Positions 44,548 to 54,289 are shown, counted from the stretch's first letter. The stretch is DNA of 64,000 nucleotides from an uncultured bacterium (GCA_949291375.1 CASEVI010000004.1:39495-103494), one strand, 5' to 3'. The notes: generated by a model from the sequence alone, not told the origin. Numbers and translations are program-made.

Positions 44548-47094
44548 TTAATAAATTCTTAAATTCATTGATTTCTCAGTAATATGTGTATCGATTAAAT
44601 CAAATGATAGGTGAATTTTTGTTCCGACTTGAATTTCTTCATTGTGTAAAACATAGAATTCATGAACACTTCCATCTTCTTCTGTTATATTGCAAATCAC
44701 AAACTTCTGATCTCCATAATTTAAGAAAGACGTGACAGTAGCTTCTATACCTTCATCTGAAACATAAATTTTATCATTAGGAATTTCGACTAAAAAATCT
44801 TTAACGAATACTTTTGTACCGAGACCTTGAATCATTTTATTAGAGATTAATTCTGGTGATTTATATAAATATCCATTAATTTTAAGGAAGAAAATTTGTC
44901 TAGCTTTACTTAAATTATTCTTTTTGTTTTGTTCTAATTTTTGTAATTCATTTTTTCTCTCTTTTTCCAAAACACTAAGGACATTATATTCATCTCTAAG
45001 TTTTTTAACAGCTTCCTTATAATTATTCTTTAGTATCTTCTTTTCTCTTTTATAAGGTGCTTTAATTTCATTTAAAGCAGATTCGTAATTTAAAGTTTCG
45101 CCATCAAGAGCCTTATTTATTAAATTTTCTCTTTCTTTTGGATAATTTTCTTTAAATTCTTCGTGTTCAGATTTTCTCTTATGATAAACATCCTTATCTT
45201 TGTTTGTTTTCAAGAATTTTTTATAAGAATCATATTCTTCTTTTTTAATTCTTTCTTGTTCTTCCTTAACTTTAGCGACAACAGATTTTTTATTAATTTT
45301 ATGTTGTTTTTTAACTTCAATAATATCATGTTTATACTTAGCATCTAATTCTTTTATTTTTTCTTTTGTAGAAATAGTTAATTCTTTAATTTTTGCTTCA
45401 TTAGTTAATTTAATAGCAGATAAGTCTTTAGATGAATTTTCTTCAATTAATTTATCATATTTTAAATTAATTTCATTAAGTCTATCTTTATAATCAGAAT
45501 TAACTTTTTCAATATTAGCATTCAAAATAGGTGTATATTTATTTTTTTCATTGCTATTAGCAGTGACAAAATTAATAAATGTCGCAGAAATTTCATTGAA
45601 TTGTTTTAAAGTAGAAACCAAGACATCGTCTCCATTTTTGATTGTAATTCGAGTAATGTCCACTAAAAGTTTTACATCATCACCAACCTTAATATTTTCA
45701 TTTTTGAGTGTTAGGAATAAAACTCTTTCGTTTAATTTTAGATAAACAACTTTAGTTCCTTCAACATCTTCAATATTTATAACATGTGCTTTTAAGTTTC
45801 CTTTTTCAGAAATAGACAAAGCATCACAAGGTATATAAAGTTGTCCATTTCCATCTTTTGTTTCAACTACTTTTGGCAACTCTAATGAATTTCCATCAAA
45901 CAAAACTGTATGTTCATGAATCGAACAAGAAATAACATTTAGTGAAGGAATACGTGGAACAATAGAAACTTCACTATCATAATCAAAGAAATGAGCTTTT
46001 TTAATATTAACACCAACTTTGACAATGTCTCCAGGTTTTAAACCATTAGAATTTAAAGCTTTAATAATAATTCGGGTTGATGATTCTTTAAACCCATCTC
46101 CATTCATATTAATATCGCCATAAACTAATGTTTCATTTCCTAATTCTTCAAAATGAGAAATTTTAACATTGAATAAATCTTTTGGATTAGAATTGGTAGT
46201 ATCTAAAGTTAAATCTTCACACCTAACACCAAACCAAACCTTATGTTTCCCATCAAAGTAATGAGGTTGAACTTTGATTAAATCATTTGCGTCAACATAT
46301 AATTTATTATCTGAATAATCTAAATCTACTTCAACAGTATCGCCATTTCTTAAAAGTGTTGCTTCAAAAAAATTCATTTGAGGTGTTCCAATAAATCCGG
46401 CAACAAATTTATTTTGAGGGTAATTATAAAGATTTTTTGGTGAATCTATTTGTTGAATTTCGCCTAATTTCATAACAACTACCCTGGTACCAAGTGTCAT
46501 AGCTTCAACTTGATCATGAGTAACATAAATAAATGTAGTTTTTAAATCTTGATGAAGTTTAGCAATTTCACTTCTCATTTGAGCTCTTAATTTAGCATCC
46601 AAGTTACTTAAAGGCTCGTCTAAAAGCATTACTTTTGGATTTCTTAAAATAGCTCTTCCTAAAGCAACTCTTTGTCTTTGTCCACCAGACATAGCCCTTG
46701 GCTTTCTATCTAAATAATCAGTTAATCCTAAAATATTTGCTGCCCATAAAACTCTTTCATGAATTTCTTCGGTTGGAACATGTCTTAATTGCAAACCAAA
46801 AGCCATATTTTCGTAAACAGTCATATGTGGATAAAGAGCATAGTTTTGAAAGACCATAGCTATATCTCTATCTTTTGGTTCGACATCGTTAACAATTTTA
46901 TCATCAATATATAATTCGCCAGCACTAATATCTTCAAGTCCAGCAATCATTCTTAAAGTTGTAGATTTTCCACAACCAGATGGGCCGACAAATACAATAA
47001 ATTCTTTGTCTTTAATATCCATTGTGAAATCTGATACGGCTTTAACACCGTTTGGGTAAACTTTATAGATGTGATCTAATTTAATGTTTGCCAT
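44548..47094 (-). CDS. msmK: Sugar ABC transporter ATP-binding protein of the MalK/MsmK family, with an unusual ~480-aa C-terminal extension. The extension holds extra TOBE-like beta domains and a Lys/Glu-rich coiled coil.
   Basis: Walker A GPSGCGKST, Q-loop, signature LSGGQRQR, Walker B MLLDEP and H-loop are present, followed by a MalK-type regulatory domain to about aa 375. The ORF then continues in frame to 848 aa. Confidence 0.8.
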   Translation of the reverse strand: MANIKLDHIYKVYPNGVKAVSDFTMDIKDKEFIVFVGPSGCGKSTTLRMIAGLEDISAGELYIDDKIVNDVEPKDRDIAMVFQNYALYPHMTVYENMAFGLQLRHVPTEEIHERVLWAANILGLTDYLDRKPRAMSGGQRQRVALGRAILRNPKVMLLDEPLSNLDAKLRAQMRSEIAKLHQDLKTTFIYVTHDQVEAMTLGTRVVVMKLGEIQQIDSPKNLYNYPQNKFVAGFIGTPQMNFFEATLLRNGDTVEVDLDYSDNKLYVDANDLIKVQPHYFDGKHKVWFGVRCEDLTLDTTNSNPKDLFNVKISHFEELGNETLVYGDINMNGDGFKESSTRIIIKALNSNGLKPGDIVKVGVNIKKAHFFDYDSEVSIVPRIPSLNVISCSIHEHTVLFDGNSLELPKVVETKDGNGQLYIPCDALSISEKGNLKAHVINIEDVEGTKVVYLKLNERVLFLTLKNENIKVGDDVKLLVDITRITIKNGDDVLVSTLKQFNEISATFINFVTANSNEKNKYTPILNANIEKVNSDYKDRLNEINLKYDKLIEENSSKDLSAIKLTNEAKIKELTISTKEKIKELDAKYKHDIIEVKKQHKINKKSVVAKVKEEQERIKKEEYDSYKKFLKTNKDKDVYHKRKSEHEEFKENYPKERENLINKALDGETLNYESALNEIKAPYKREKKILKNNYKEAVKKLRDEYNVLSVLEKERKNELQKLEQNKKNNLSKARQIFFLKINGYLYKSPELISNKMIQGLGTKVFVKDFLVEIPNDKIYVSDEGIEATVTSFLNYGDQKFVICNITEEDGSVHEFYVLHNEEIQVGTKIHLSFDLIDTHITEKSMNLRIY

Positions 47095-47117
47095 TTTTAA
47101 ATTCCTCCATTAAGTTT

Positions 47118-48728
47118 TTATTTAAATATCGCTATAGAATAAGGTGGTAAAATTATCGAACCATCTTTTAATTCACCGATAAATTTTACATTGTCAACAA
47201 CCAGTTGACCAACAACTTTTTTGTTGTTTATATCGCTCGTCGTAAGAATAATATTATCATTTTCTTTAAAATTTATAGCGATATCAATTTTTTCGTTAAG
47301 ATAATCTTTAGAAATTATCAATAATCCTTTATCTTTATCAGCAGTTAATAAAGATAATTTGCCTCTAGAAATTTCAGGAAATTTATTTCTTAAATAATTT
47401 GCTTTCTTATAATAATTCAAAATAGAATTTTCGTTTTCTAAATTCTCTTTAACAGTTCCATAAGGATAATCAACTGTAGTAACACCGCTTAATTGTACTG
47501 TGTCGTATTTTCCATCTTCTCCCCATTTAACCGATGTTCTAACGTTTTGATCCGGAGGATTATTACCTGACATTCCAACTTCATCTCCGTAATATGTAAA
47601 TGTAGTTCCATTAGTAATTGATAATAAACCAAAATAGAATTTTGTTTTTTCTGGAGAAGTTACTCTAACATATCTAGACATATCATGGTTATCAATGAAT
47701 GGTGCTGGAATCCCTTTATCAGAAGTTTTATTAATTTTTTCTAATCCTTCATAGAATGATTCTACCATCCTACCATCCATATTTGTTGAATTAATATATA
47801 AGCCATCAGGATATGCAGTTGAAGCAGGAAAGTAGAAGAAAGAATCGATGCCTGATTCATAATATCGTTGAATAATTTCAGCAGAACTCCAAGCCTCTCC
47901 AACAATATATGCTTTTGGATTTAAAGATTTTACATAATTATTAATCCATTTTAATGTTTCAATATTCTTTTCTGTATTATTAATAAAATAATACAAAACA
48001 GCATCTAATCTAAATCCATCAACCCCGAGATCAAGATAATATTTCATAATCTTTTCGAAATCTTCTCGAACGTATTCTGAATCTAAATTAAATTCAGGCA
48101 TCTCACTAGAAAAATTACCTTCATAATAAAAATTGTAATAAGGATTTTTATATAAAGTTTTTCCACGAGAATTAGGATCTTCTTTATTCTCAAAAAACGA
48201 ATAATAATCAACGTATCTTTTTTCGTTTTCATTTAACTCTTTATTATTAATAAATTTATTATAAGCATCACTTGCTAATTTAAATTCCTTTGTAAATAAA
48301 GAAGAATGATTAATTACAAGATCTAAAATAACCTTAATATTTTTTTCATGTGCTTTGTTAATAAGATTTTTTAAGTCATCAATATCACCATAAGATTTGT
48401 CGATTTCATAATAGTTTGAAACGTCATACTTGTGATAAGAAGGCGATGTGTTAATTGGCATCAGCCAAATCCCTGAGTATCCTAAATCAGATAAATAATC
48501 TAACTTTTCGGTAACGCCATTCAAATCACCAATCCCATCGCCATTAGAATCAGCGAATGAGCGAACAAAGATTTCATAATAATTTCTATAATTATCATCT
48601 ACGGGAATAACTTCTTCTGCTGTTTCGTCAATTTTATAGCCATATGTCTCATCATAAAATCTTTTTTGACCACATGAAGCAAAAAGTACTGGTAAAACAA
48701 GGAAAATTAATAATCTCTTTTTTATCAT
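47118..48728 (-). CDS. Extracellular GH13 alpha-amylase-family lipoprotein (amylase, pullulanase or maltodextrinase type).
   Basis: Lipobox LFASC. GH13 motifs GVDGFRLDAV, GEAW and FIDNHD are present. The 536-aa length fits. Confidence 0.8.
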   Translation of the reverse strand: MIKKRLLIFLVLPVLFASCGQKRFYDETYGYKIDETAEEVIPVDDNYRNYYEIFVRSFADSNGDGIGDLNGVTEKLDYLSDLGYSGIWLMPINTSPSYHKYDVSNYYEIDKSYGDIDDLKNLINKAHEKNIKVILDLVINHSSLFTKEFKLASDAYNKFINNKELNENEKRYVDYYSFFENKEDPNSRGKTLYKNPYYNFYYEGNFSSEMPEFNLDSEYVREDFEKIMKYYLDLGVDGFRLDAVLYYFINNTEKNIETLKWINNYVKSLNPKAYIVGEAWSSAEIIQRYYESGIDSFFYFPASTAYPDGLYINSTNMDGRMVESFYEGLEKINKTSDKGIPAPFIDNHDMSRYVRVTSPEKTKFYFGLLSITNGTTFTYYGDEVGMSGNNPPDQNVRTSVKWGEDGKYDTVQLSGVTTVDYPYGTVKENLENENSILNYYKKANYLRNKFPEISRGKLSLLTADKDKGLLIISKDYLNEKIDIAINFKENDNIILTTSDINNKKVVGQLVVDNVKFIGELKDGSIILPPYSIAIFK

Positions 48729-48733
48729 TTTTA

Positions 48734-49594
48734 TTAGCCTTTAACAGCTCCTCCTGTTACACCTTCAACATAATATCTTTGTAACCAGAAGAATAAAGCC
48801 ATAATACCTATGGAAACAAAAACACCACCGGCACAAAATTGAGGAAAATATTGAATGTCTCTTCCTTTAGACAACATTTGTTGTAAACCAACAGCAACAT
48901 TAAACAATTCTTGCTTACCTTGCGCAAGATAAGATGCCATCATATAATCTCCCCATGGAGCAGTAAAACTCATCAATATTGTATAAACAACAATAGGTTT
49001 AGATAATGGCAAAATAACTTTCCAGAAAACAGTGTTTTTATTTGCACCATCAATCATTGCAGCTTCATCTAATGAACGTGGTATAGTATCAAAAAAGCCC
49101 TTTGCAACATAATATCCCATTCCTGCGCCAGCACAATAAACAACGACCAAACCATAAATTGTACCTGATAGGCCAATCATTTGAAGCAAGAAATATGTAA
49201 CAATCATTCCTAAAAATGAAGGGAACATACCAATAACAAGAATAAGTTTCATAAAAGCTTGTCTTGCTCTAAATCTTAATCTTGAAAATGCATAAGCAGT
49301 CATTAATGTAATTATTGTCTGAAGAACAGCTGTTATAATCGCGATAATTAAAGTATTTAAATACCATGTACCGAAAGGATATATTTCATCAGTGAATAAA
49401 TTTATATAATTTTTAAATGTCCAAACTTCAGGGACAACATTCAACGGATCATAACTTTCCGAAAAAGATTGTAAGACTAGATAAACAAAAGGAACAAGCC
49501 AAACAATTGAAAGAACAACCAAAATTATATAAACTAAAGTCTTAGATGTTATATCTTTAATTTTCTTACTGTGATAACGTTCTAATTTAGCCAT
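48734..49594 (-). CDS. malG: Maltodextrin ABC transporter permease, MalG-like.
   Basis: Six TM helices and the EAA motif (LDEAAMIDGANKNTVFWKVILPLSKP). Confidence 0.8.
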   Translation of the reverse strand: MAKLERYHSKKIKDITSKTLVYIILVVLSIVWLVPFVYLVLQSFSESYDPLNVVPEVWTFKNYINLFTDEIYPFGTWYLNTLIIAIITAVLQTIITLMTAYAFSRLRFRARQAFMKLILVIGMFPSFLGMIVTYFLLQMIGLSGTIYGLVVVYCAGAGMGYYVAKGFFDTIPRSLDEAAMIDGANKNTVFWKVILPLSKPIVVYTILMSFTAPWGDYMMASYLAQGKQELFNVAVGLQQMLSKGRDIQYFPQFCAGGVFVSIGIMALFFWLQRYYVEGVTGGAVKG

Positions 49595-51135
49595 TATTGG
49601 AAATCCTCCTCGTTTTTTACAGAATTGCTCTTTCCATAGAATATTAAGGAGAAGAAAGCAACAACAACGAACACTACCATACCAATAACTGATGCTGTAC
49701 CGTAATCTTTAAATACTTCACCCATTGACATTTTGTAAAGCCATGTAATTAAAAGGTCAGATTGTCCGGCTCCAAACACTTGCGCAGTAATCATTTCTCC
49801 GTTAACACTTGAGAAAACAGGTCCACCATTAGATAAAAGATAAATAACATTAAAATTATTAATGTTACCAACAAATTGAGAAATCAAATATGGTGTAGTA
49901 ACAAATAACATATATGGTAATGTTATTTTCATATACATTTTATAAGGACTAGCACCATCAATTTTAGCAGATTCATATAAATCATCTGGAATGTTCATTA
50001 AGATGCCAGTACACATTAACATAGTATATGGTATACCAACCCACATATTAACCAAAATAATAGTAATCTTAACTAAAATACCATCACTTAAAAAACGAAT
50101 ATTTTGAGTAATTAAGCCTAATTCTCTAAGCACTGCATTAACAACGCCAGTATCAGTGTTGAGCATTTTTGACATTAAAAGTAAAGAAACAAATTGTGGA
50201 ACAGCAATGGTTGTAATTAGAATTGTTCTCCATAATTTTTTTAATTTAATGCCTTTTTTATTAATCATAATCGCAACAATCATCCCTAAGAAATAATTAG
50301 TAAATGTTGCAAAAAATGCCCAAATTAATGTCCAAATTAAAATTTGAACGAAAACTAAAGCGAATTGAGTTCCGTTTTGTCCACCGGCTACGCCTAATAA
50401 TTGTTGAAAATTACCTAAGCCAACCCAATCAAATAATTCTTTAGGATTCATATGATTTGAATTGTAATTTGTAAAACCGATTAGAACCATAAAAAATAAA
50501 GGAATAATAGTAAAAATTGCAATTCCTAGTGTAGGGATTGAAAGCATCACTTTATGATAATCTTTACCGACTAAACCATTTAAAGTTTCTTTATCAGATT
50601 TGTGCTTACCAATATATTTTAATTGTTGTAATTCATAAGAATCTCTAATACTTGTATACCAAAGAAATGCTAAAATTAAAATAACAATAATGGAAATGAC
50701 AGAATAAAGCAAAATTTTAAAACTATCATCTTGATACATATATCCAATAAATGGAGCTTCATCAGTTTCATATTGAACAGATGAAACATAACCAAATGTT
50801 GGTAGTTTTGTAAAGTTTGGTACACCAATTAAAACTATAAATATAACAGCAACAATTTCATAAAAAAGATTTAATAATCCTCTTAAAATTTGATGACGCG
50901 TAATTTGTCCTATTCCCATAACTAAAAAATTTAATCTAGTTAATAAATCACCATGAGCAAACCAATGGAACAAATTTATAATCGGATTAAAAATTTTTTT
51001 AAAAAATTCTTTTGTTTTTGAAGGAGTTTTTCTTAAAAAATTCCAAATTCCTATTGGGATACTTTTAAAAAAGTCACCAATCTTATAAAAAAATTTTTCA
51101 GGTTTTGTCAATGAATAATATTCTAAATTCGACAT
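49594..51135 (-). CDS. malF: Maltodextrin ABC transporter permease, MalF-like, with an N-terminal extension.
   Basis: EAA motif YESAKIDGASPYKMYMKITLPYM and multiple TM helices. I prefer the ATG at 51135 (MSNLEYY...), which has a GGAGG Shine-Dalgarno sequence 7 nt upstream. The track start is 51165. Confidence 0.75.
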   Translation of the reverse strand: MSNLEYYSLTKPEKFFYKIGDFFKSIPIGIWNFLRKTPSKTKEFFKKIFNPIINLFHWFAHGDLLTRLNFLVMGIGQITRHQILRGLLNLFYEIVAVIFIVLIGVPNFTKLPTFGYVSSVQYETDEAPFIGYMYQDDSFKILLYSVISIIVILILAFLWYTSIRDSYELQQLKYIGKHKSDKETLNGLVGKDYHKVMLSIPTLGIAIFTIIPLFFMVLIGFTNYNSNHMNPKELFDWVGLGNFQQLLGVAGGQNGTQFALVFVQILIWTLIWAFFATFTNYFLGMIVAIMINKKGIKLKKLWRTILITTIAVPQFVSLLLMSKMLNTDTGVVNAVLRELGLITQNIRFLSDGILVKITIILVNMWVGIPYTMLMCTGILMNIPDDLYESAKIDGASPYKMYMKITLPYMLFVTTPYLISQFVGNINNFNVIYLLSNGGPVFSSVNGEMITAQVFGAGQSDLLITWLYKMSMGEVFKDYGTASVIGMVVFVVVAFFSLIFYGKSNSVKNEEDFQ

Positions 51136-51195
51136 AAAAACCTCCAAAACAAACAAACTACACAAAAAGTGTAGTTTGTCGTTGTTTAATAATTA

Positions 51196-52488
51196 TTATG
51201 AGTTAATAACAGTTTCGTTATAAGTATCAACGGCAGCTTGTAAATTATCAAGTGTAATTGTACCTTCTTTCATACCATTGACTAAAACACCTGGAGCATT
51301 CCATACGTTTCCTGGAACAACTGTTTGAACGTGACACCATTCGCTTTGTTCCGTTAATGTTTGGAAGTTTGCATCATTTTTAATTTTATCTAACTCAGCA
51401 ACCTCAGTATTTGATGGACAAATATTGTATTCATCAAATCTCTTTTCTTGTGCTTCTGGTCCAGAAAGATATTGAGCTAATTCGAATGCAGCTGTCATTC
51501 TATCTGTATCGTTAGCACTTCTAATTGGGTTAACGCCATAAAGTTTAGCACCATTAAAGCAACCTAAATGAGCTGTATCTCCGTCAACTGTAACTGTTGG
51601 CATTGGTGCACATGCATAATTATCACCAAGTTGTGCTTTTGCAGCAGCAATATCCCAAGTTCCGTTAACAGCAATTTTAACATTTCCAGTTCCTGCTAAA
51701 ACATATTCATCAACCCATGTACCTTCACTTTGATGTTGAACAATGTTGTAAATAGCTTTAGCAGCTTTTAATCCTGCTTCACCATTAAAGTCAGCAGTAA
51801 TTTTATCAACTTGGTTATCTTCAGTAAATGTTACATTATAGTCTGCACCAAATGTAAACATAGCACCTTGTCCATAGAAACCTTCTTGTAATTTATATGC
51901 AAATTGAGTATTTGTTTCGGCACATTTTGCAAGAATTCCTTCAACAGAAGCAACGTCTTCCTCTGTAAAGACAGATTTATCATACATTAAATAATAGGTA
52001 TTATCTGCAGTATATGGGAATGCATATAAAGTGTCATTGAAAGTAGCACTATCAAGACCGACTTGATTAGTATTTTCTTCAACATAAGTTTTATAAGTAC
52101 TTCTTAATGCAGCTAAAGCACCTTTAGCAACTAAGCCTTGTGTTTTATCAGCACCAAAAGCATAAACATCTGGTCCTGTTGCCCAGTCAGTAATTTCAGA
52201 GTCGACTTTATCTTCTCCGTGAGCAACTTGTTCAATAACATAAGTATTTGGATCGCCGAGTGATTTTCTATATTCTTTGAAATCTTCGATTAATTCGGCA
52301 TCAAATTCAGCTTTATCAGCTGGACCAGAAAGAACAAGGTTAATTGTTTTTCCTTGAGGAGTTTCACCACCTGGGTTATCTGTTCCCCCCCCTGGGTTAT
52401 CTGTGTTTCCTTTGTCACCACAAGCAACTAAGCCTGCGAGTGAAATGCCTAAAACGGCAATAACACCAAATAATTTTGTTTTTTTCAT
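51196..52488 (-). CDS. malE: Maltodextrin-binding lipoprotein (MalE-like substrate-binding protein) with an N-terminal Gly/Pro-rich tandem-repeat linker.
   Basis: Lipobox LVACG. A family-1 sugar-binding fold. The 7-aa repeat TDNPGG(G) occurs twice, encoded by a 21-nt direct repeat plus a G8 run. Confidence 0.75.
   Translation of the reverse strand: MKKTKLFGVIAVLGISLAGLVACGDKGNTDNPGGGTDNPGGETPQGKTINLVLSGPADKAEFDAELIEDFKEYRKSLGDPNTYVIEQVAHGEDKVDSEITDWATGPDVYAFGADKTQGLVAKGALAALRSTYKTYVEENTNQVGLDSATFNDTLYAFPYTADNTYYLMYDKSVFTEEDVASVEGILAKCAETNTQFAYKLQEGFYGQGAMFTFGADYNVTFTEDNQVDKITADFNGEAGLKAAKAIYNIVQHQSEGTWVDEYVLAGTGNVKIAVNGTWDIAAAKAQLGDNYACAPMPTVTVDGDTAHLGCFNGAKLYGVNPIRSANDTDRMTAAFELAQYLSGPEAQEKRFDEYNICPSNTEVAELDKIKNDANFQTLTEQSEWCHVQTVVPGNVWNAPGVLVNGMKEGTITLDNLQAAVDTYNETVINS
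52370..52404. repeat. Tandem 21-nt repeat (cctgggttatctgt...) with an embedded C8/G8 homopolymer at 52385-52392, inside the malE linker region.
   Basis: Seen directly in the sequence. I found no other G/C run of 8 or more in the window by eye. Confidence 0.6.
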
Positions 52489-52586
52489 ATTATTTTTATT
52501 CCTCCTTAAATATGAATGTAAAAATTATTTTTTAAGTAATTTTATATATTATTAACTCTGTTACGAGCTTAATAACCTAAAATAAA

Positions 52587-54101
52587 TTAATCACCTCTTT
52601 GATAATTATCGTTCCATCTTAATAACATAGATGAAACTTCTTCTTTATTTTTTTCAAAGAGTTTTTTACTAATTCTCCAAGACCAATTTGAAGAACCGAG
52701 TGTTGAAGGGAAATTCATTCTTCCTTCTGCTCCAATTGCAAATAAATCTTGAAGAGGTAATATAGCAGCTTTTGTAGATGAAGCAATATTAAGTTCACAA
52801 ACCTTTAATGTTAATTCTTTATTAGATAAATCTTTAACAAAAGGAATTCTGAATCTCTTACATTCATCTTCCAATATTTCTAAAAACATTTTCTTTTCAT
52901 CTTTAGTTAAATCATCGATAAATTGACGACACGTTTTAGAATCATGAGTTCCGCTATATGAGAAGAAATTGTAAGTATAATTTGATGGCCTCCAAATATT
53001 TGTTTTATCTGGATTATCGAAACATTGAGTTACAATTTTCATTCCTGGATAACCACATTTATTAAAGAATTCAATAAAATCATCGTCTATCATTCCTAAA
53101 TCTTCAGCAACAATTGGATAATCTAATTTATCTTTAAATAAATCAAATCCAGGTCCTTTTACCCATCTTCCATTTTTAGCTGTTGTATCTTTAAATGGAA
53201 TTGAGTAATACCCACTAAATCCTCTAAAGTGATCAATTCTTAAATAATCAAAGAACTTTAATGCGTTATTTATTCTTTCATTCCACCATTTATAATTAGT
53301 TTCTTTATGATATTTCCAATTATATAAAGGATTGCCCCATAATTGACCATCAACTGAGAAACAATCTGGTGGACAACCAGCAACATTAACTGGATAGTGG
53401 TTGATATCTAATTCAAATAGTGAAGGATATTTCCGAACTTCTAATGAATCAAATGCAACATAAATTGGCAAATCGCCCATAATTTTTATCTTATTTTTAT
53501 GAGCATATTCTTTTAATGAATTATATTCATTTAAGAATTCATATTGGGTCCAAATATAAAATAGAATATCATCTTTATTATTTTGAATTAATTCTTTTTC
53601 TAATTCTAATGAGTATGTTTTATATTTGTTATCCCATTCATACCATGGTTTTAAATGATTAATATCTTTTAAAACCATGAATATAGCAAAATCTTTAAAT
53701 TGAGGATTGTTTTTAATAAATTCTTTAAACTCAAGACTAGTTTTATCAAATCTATTAAATGCTTTTCTTAATACTTTTAATCTATTATTGAAAAGTATTC
53801 CGTAATCAACTCTTTCTTCATTATTACCCCAATCAATTGAATTTACTTCTTCTTTTGTTAATAACTTTTTATTAATTAATGTATCTAAATCAATAAAATA
53901 ATAATTTAAACCATAATTTGAAGGAGATTGATAAGGTGAATCTCCAAATGAAGTTACATTAAGTGGTAAGATTTGCCAAATATTGCAATTAGATTTTTTT
54001 AAAAAATCAATAAATTCATAAGCTTCCTTCCCTAAACTCCCAATGCCATATTTTGAAGGGAGGGAAGAAATATGTAATAAAATTCCACTTTCTCTTTCTT
54101 T
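52587..54101 (-). CDS. malQ: 4-alpha-glucanotransferase (amylomaltase, GH77), paralog 1. The track start at 54140 would overlap the cre site; I prefer the ATG at 54101.
   Basis: N-terminus ESGILLHISSLPSKYGIGSLGKEAY... is characteristic of GH77. The protein is about 45% identical to the adjacent paralog. Confidence 0.8.
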   Translation of the reverse strand, partial: KERESGILLHISSLPSKYGIGSLGKEAYEFIDFLKKSNCNIWQILPLNVTSFGDSPYQSPSNYGLNYYFIDLDTLINKKLLTKEEVNSIDWGNNEERVDYGILFNNRLKVLRKAFNRFDKTSLEFKEFIKNNPQFKDFAIFMVLKDINHLKPWYEWDNKYKTYSLELEKELIQNNKDDILFYIWTQYEFLNEYNSLKEYAHKNKIKIMGDLPIYVAFDSLEVRKYPSLFELDINHYPVNVAGCPPDCFSVDGQLWGNPLYNWKYHKETNYKWWNERINNALKFFDYLRIDHFRGFSGYYSIPFKDTTAKNGRWVKGPGFDLFKDKLDYPIVAEDLGMIDDDFIEFFNKCGYPGMKIVTQCFDNPDKTNIWRPSNYTYNFFSYSGTHDSKTCRQFIDDLTKDEKKMFLEILEDECKRFRIPFVKDLSNKELTLKVCELNIASSTKAAILPLQDLFAIGAEGRMNFPSTLGSSNWSWRISKKLFEKNKEEVSSMLLRWNDNYQRGD

Positions 54102-54125
54102 CATAAATAAAATTGCTTCTTTGTT

Positions 54126-54139
54126 TGTAAGCGCTTTCA
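54126..54139. promoter_or_regulatory. Perfect cre site TGAAAGCGCTTACA at the start/5' UTR of malQ paralog 1.
   Basis: It matches TGWAANCGNTNWCA at all positions and overlaps the longest-ORF start codon of a maltodextrin gene. This is the classic position for CcpA repression. Confidence 0.6.
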
Positions 54140-54252
54140 TTATAATTTCAAATTTTTCTTGTGTAAAGAGTTAATTTTTCCCTTAATATTCATTAAATTC
54201 ATAAAAATTGTAAATAATTATTAAAATTTAAATATTTTAATATTGAAATTTA

Positions 54253-54289
54253 CATATAATTAAAAAATATTCGATGGTTATCGAATATT
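54253..54289. terminator. Palindrome AATATTCGAT-ggtt-ATCGAATATT between the two malQ genes; a terminator for malQ2 and/or an operator.
   Basis: A perfect 10-bp inverted repeat with a flanking A/T run, 60 nt downstream of the malQ2 stop. Confidence 0.45.

Noticed and set aside
45163-45745. Two plus-strand ORFs of 61 and 64 aa inside the malK-like gene.
   Set aside because: They are antisense to the coiled-coil/Lys-rich region and have Phe-rich junk composition.
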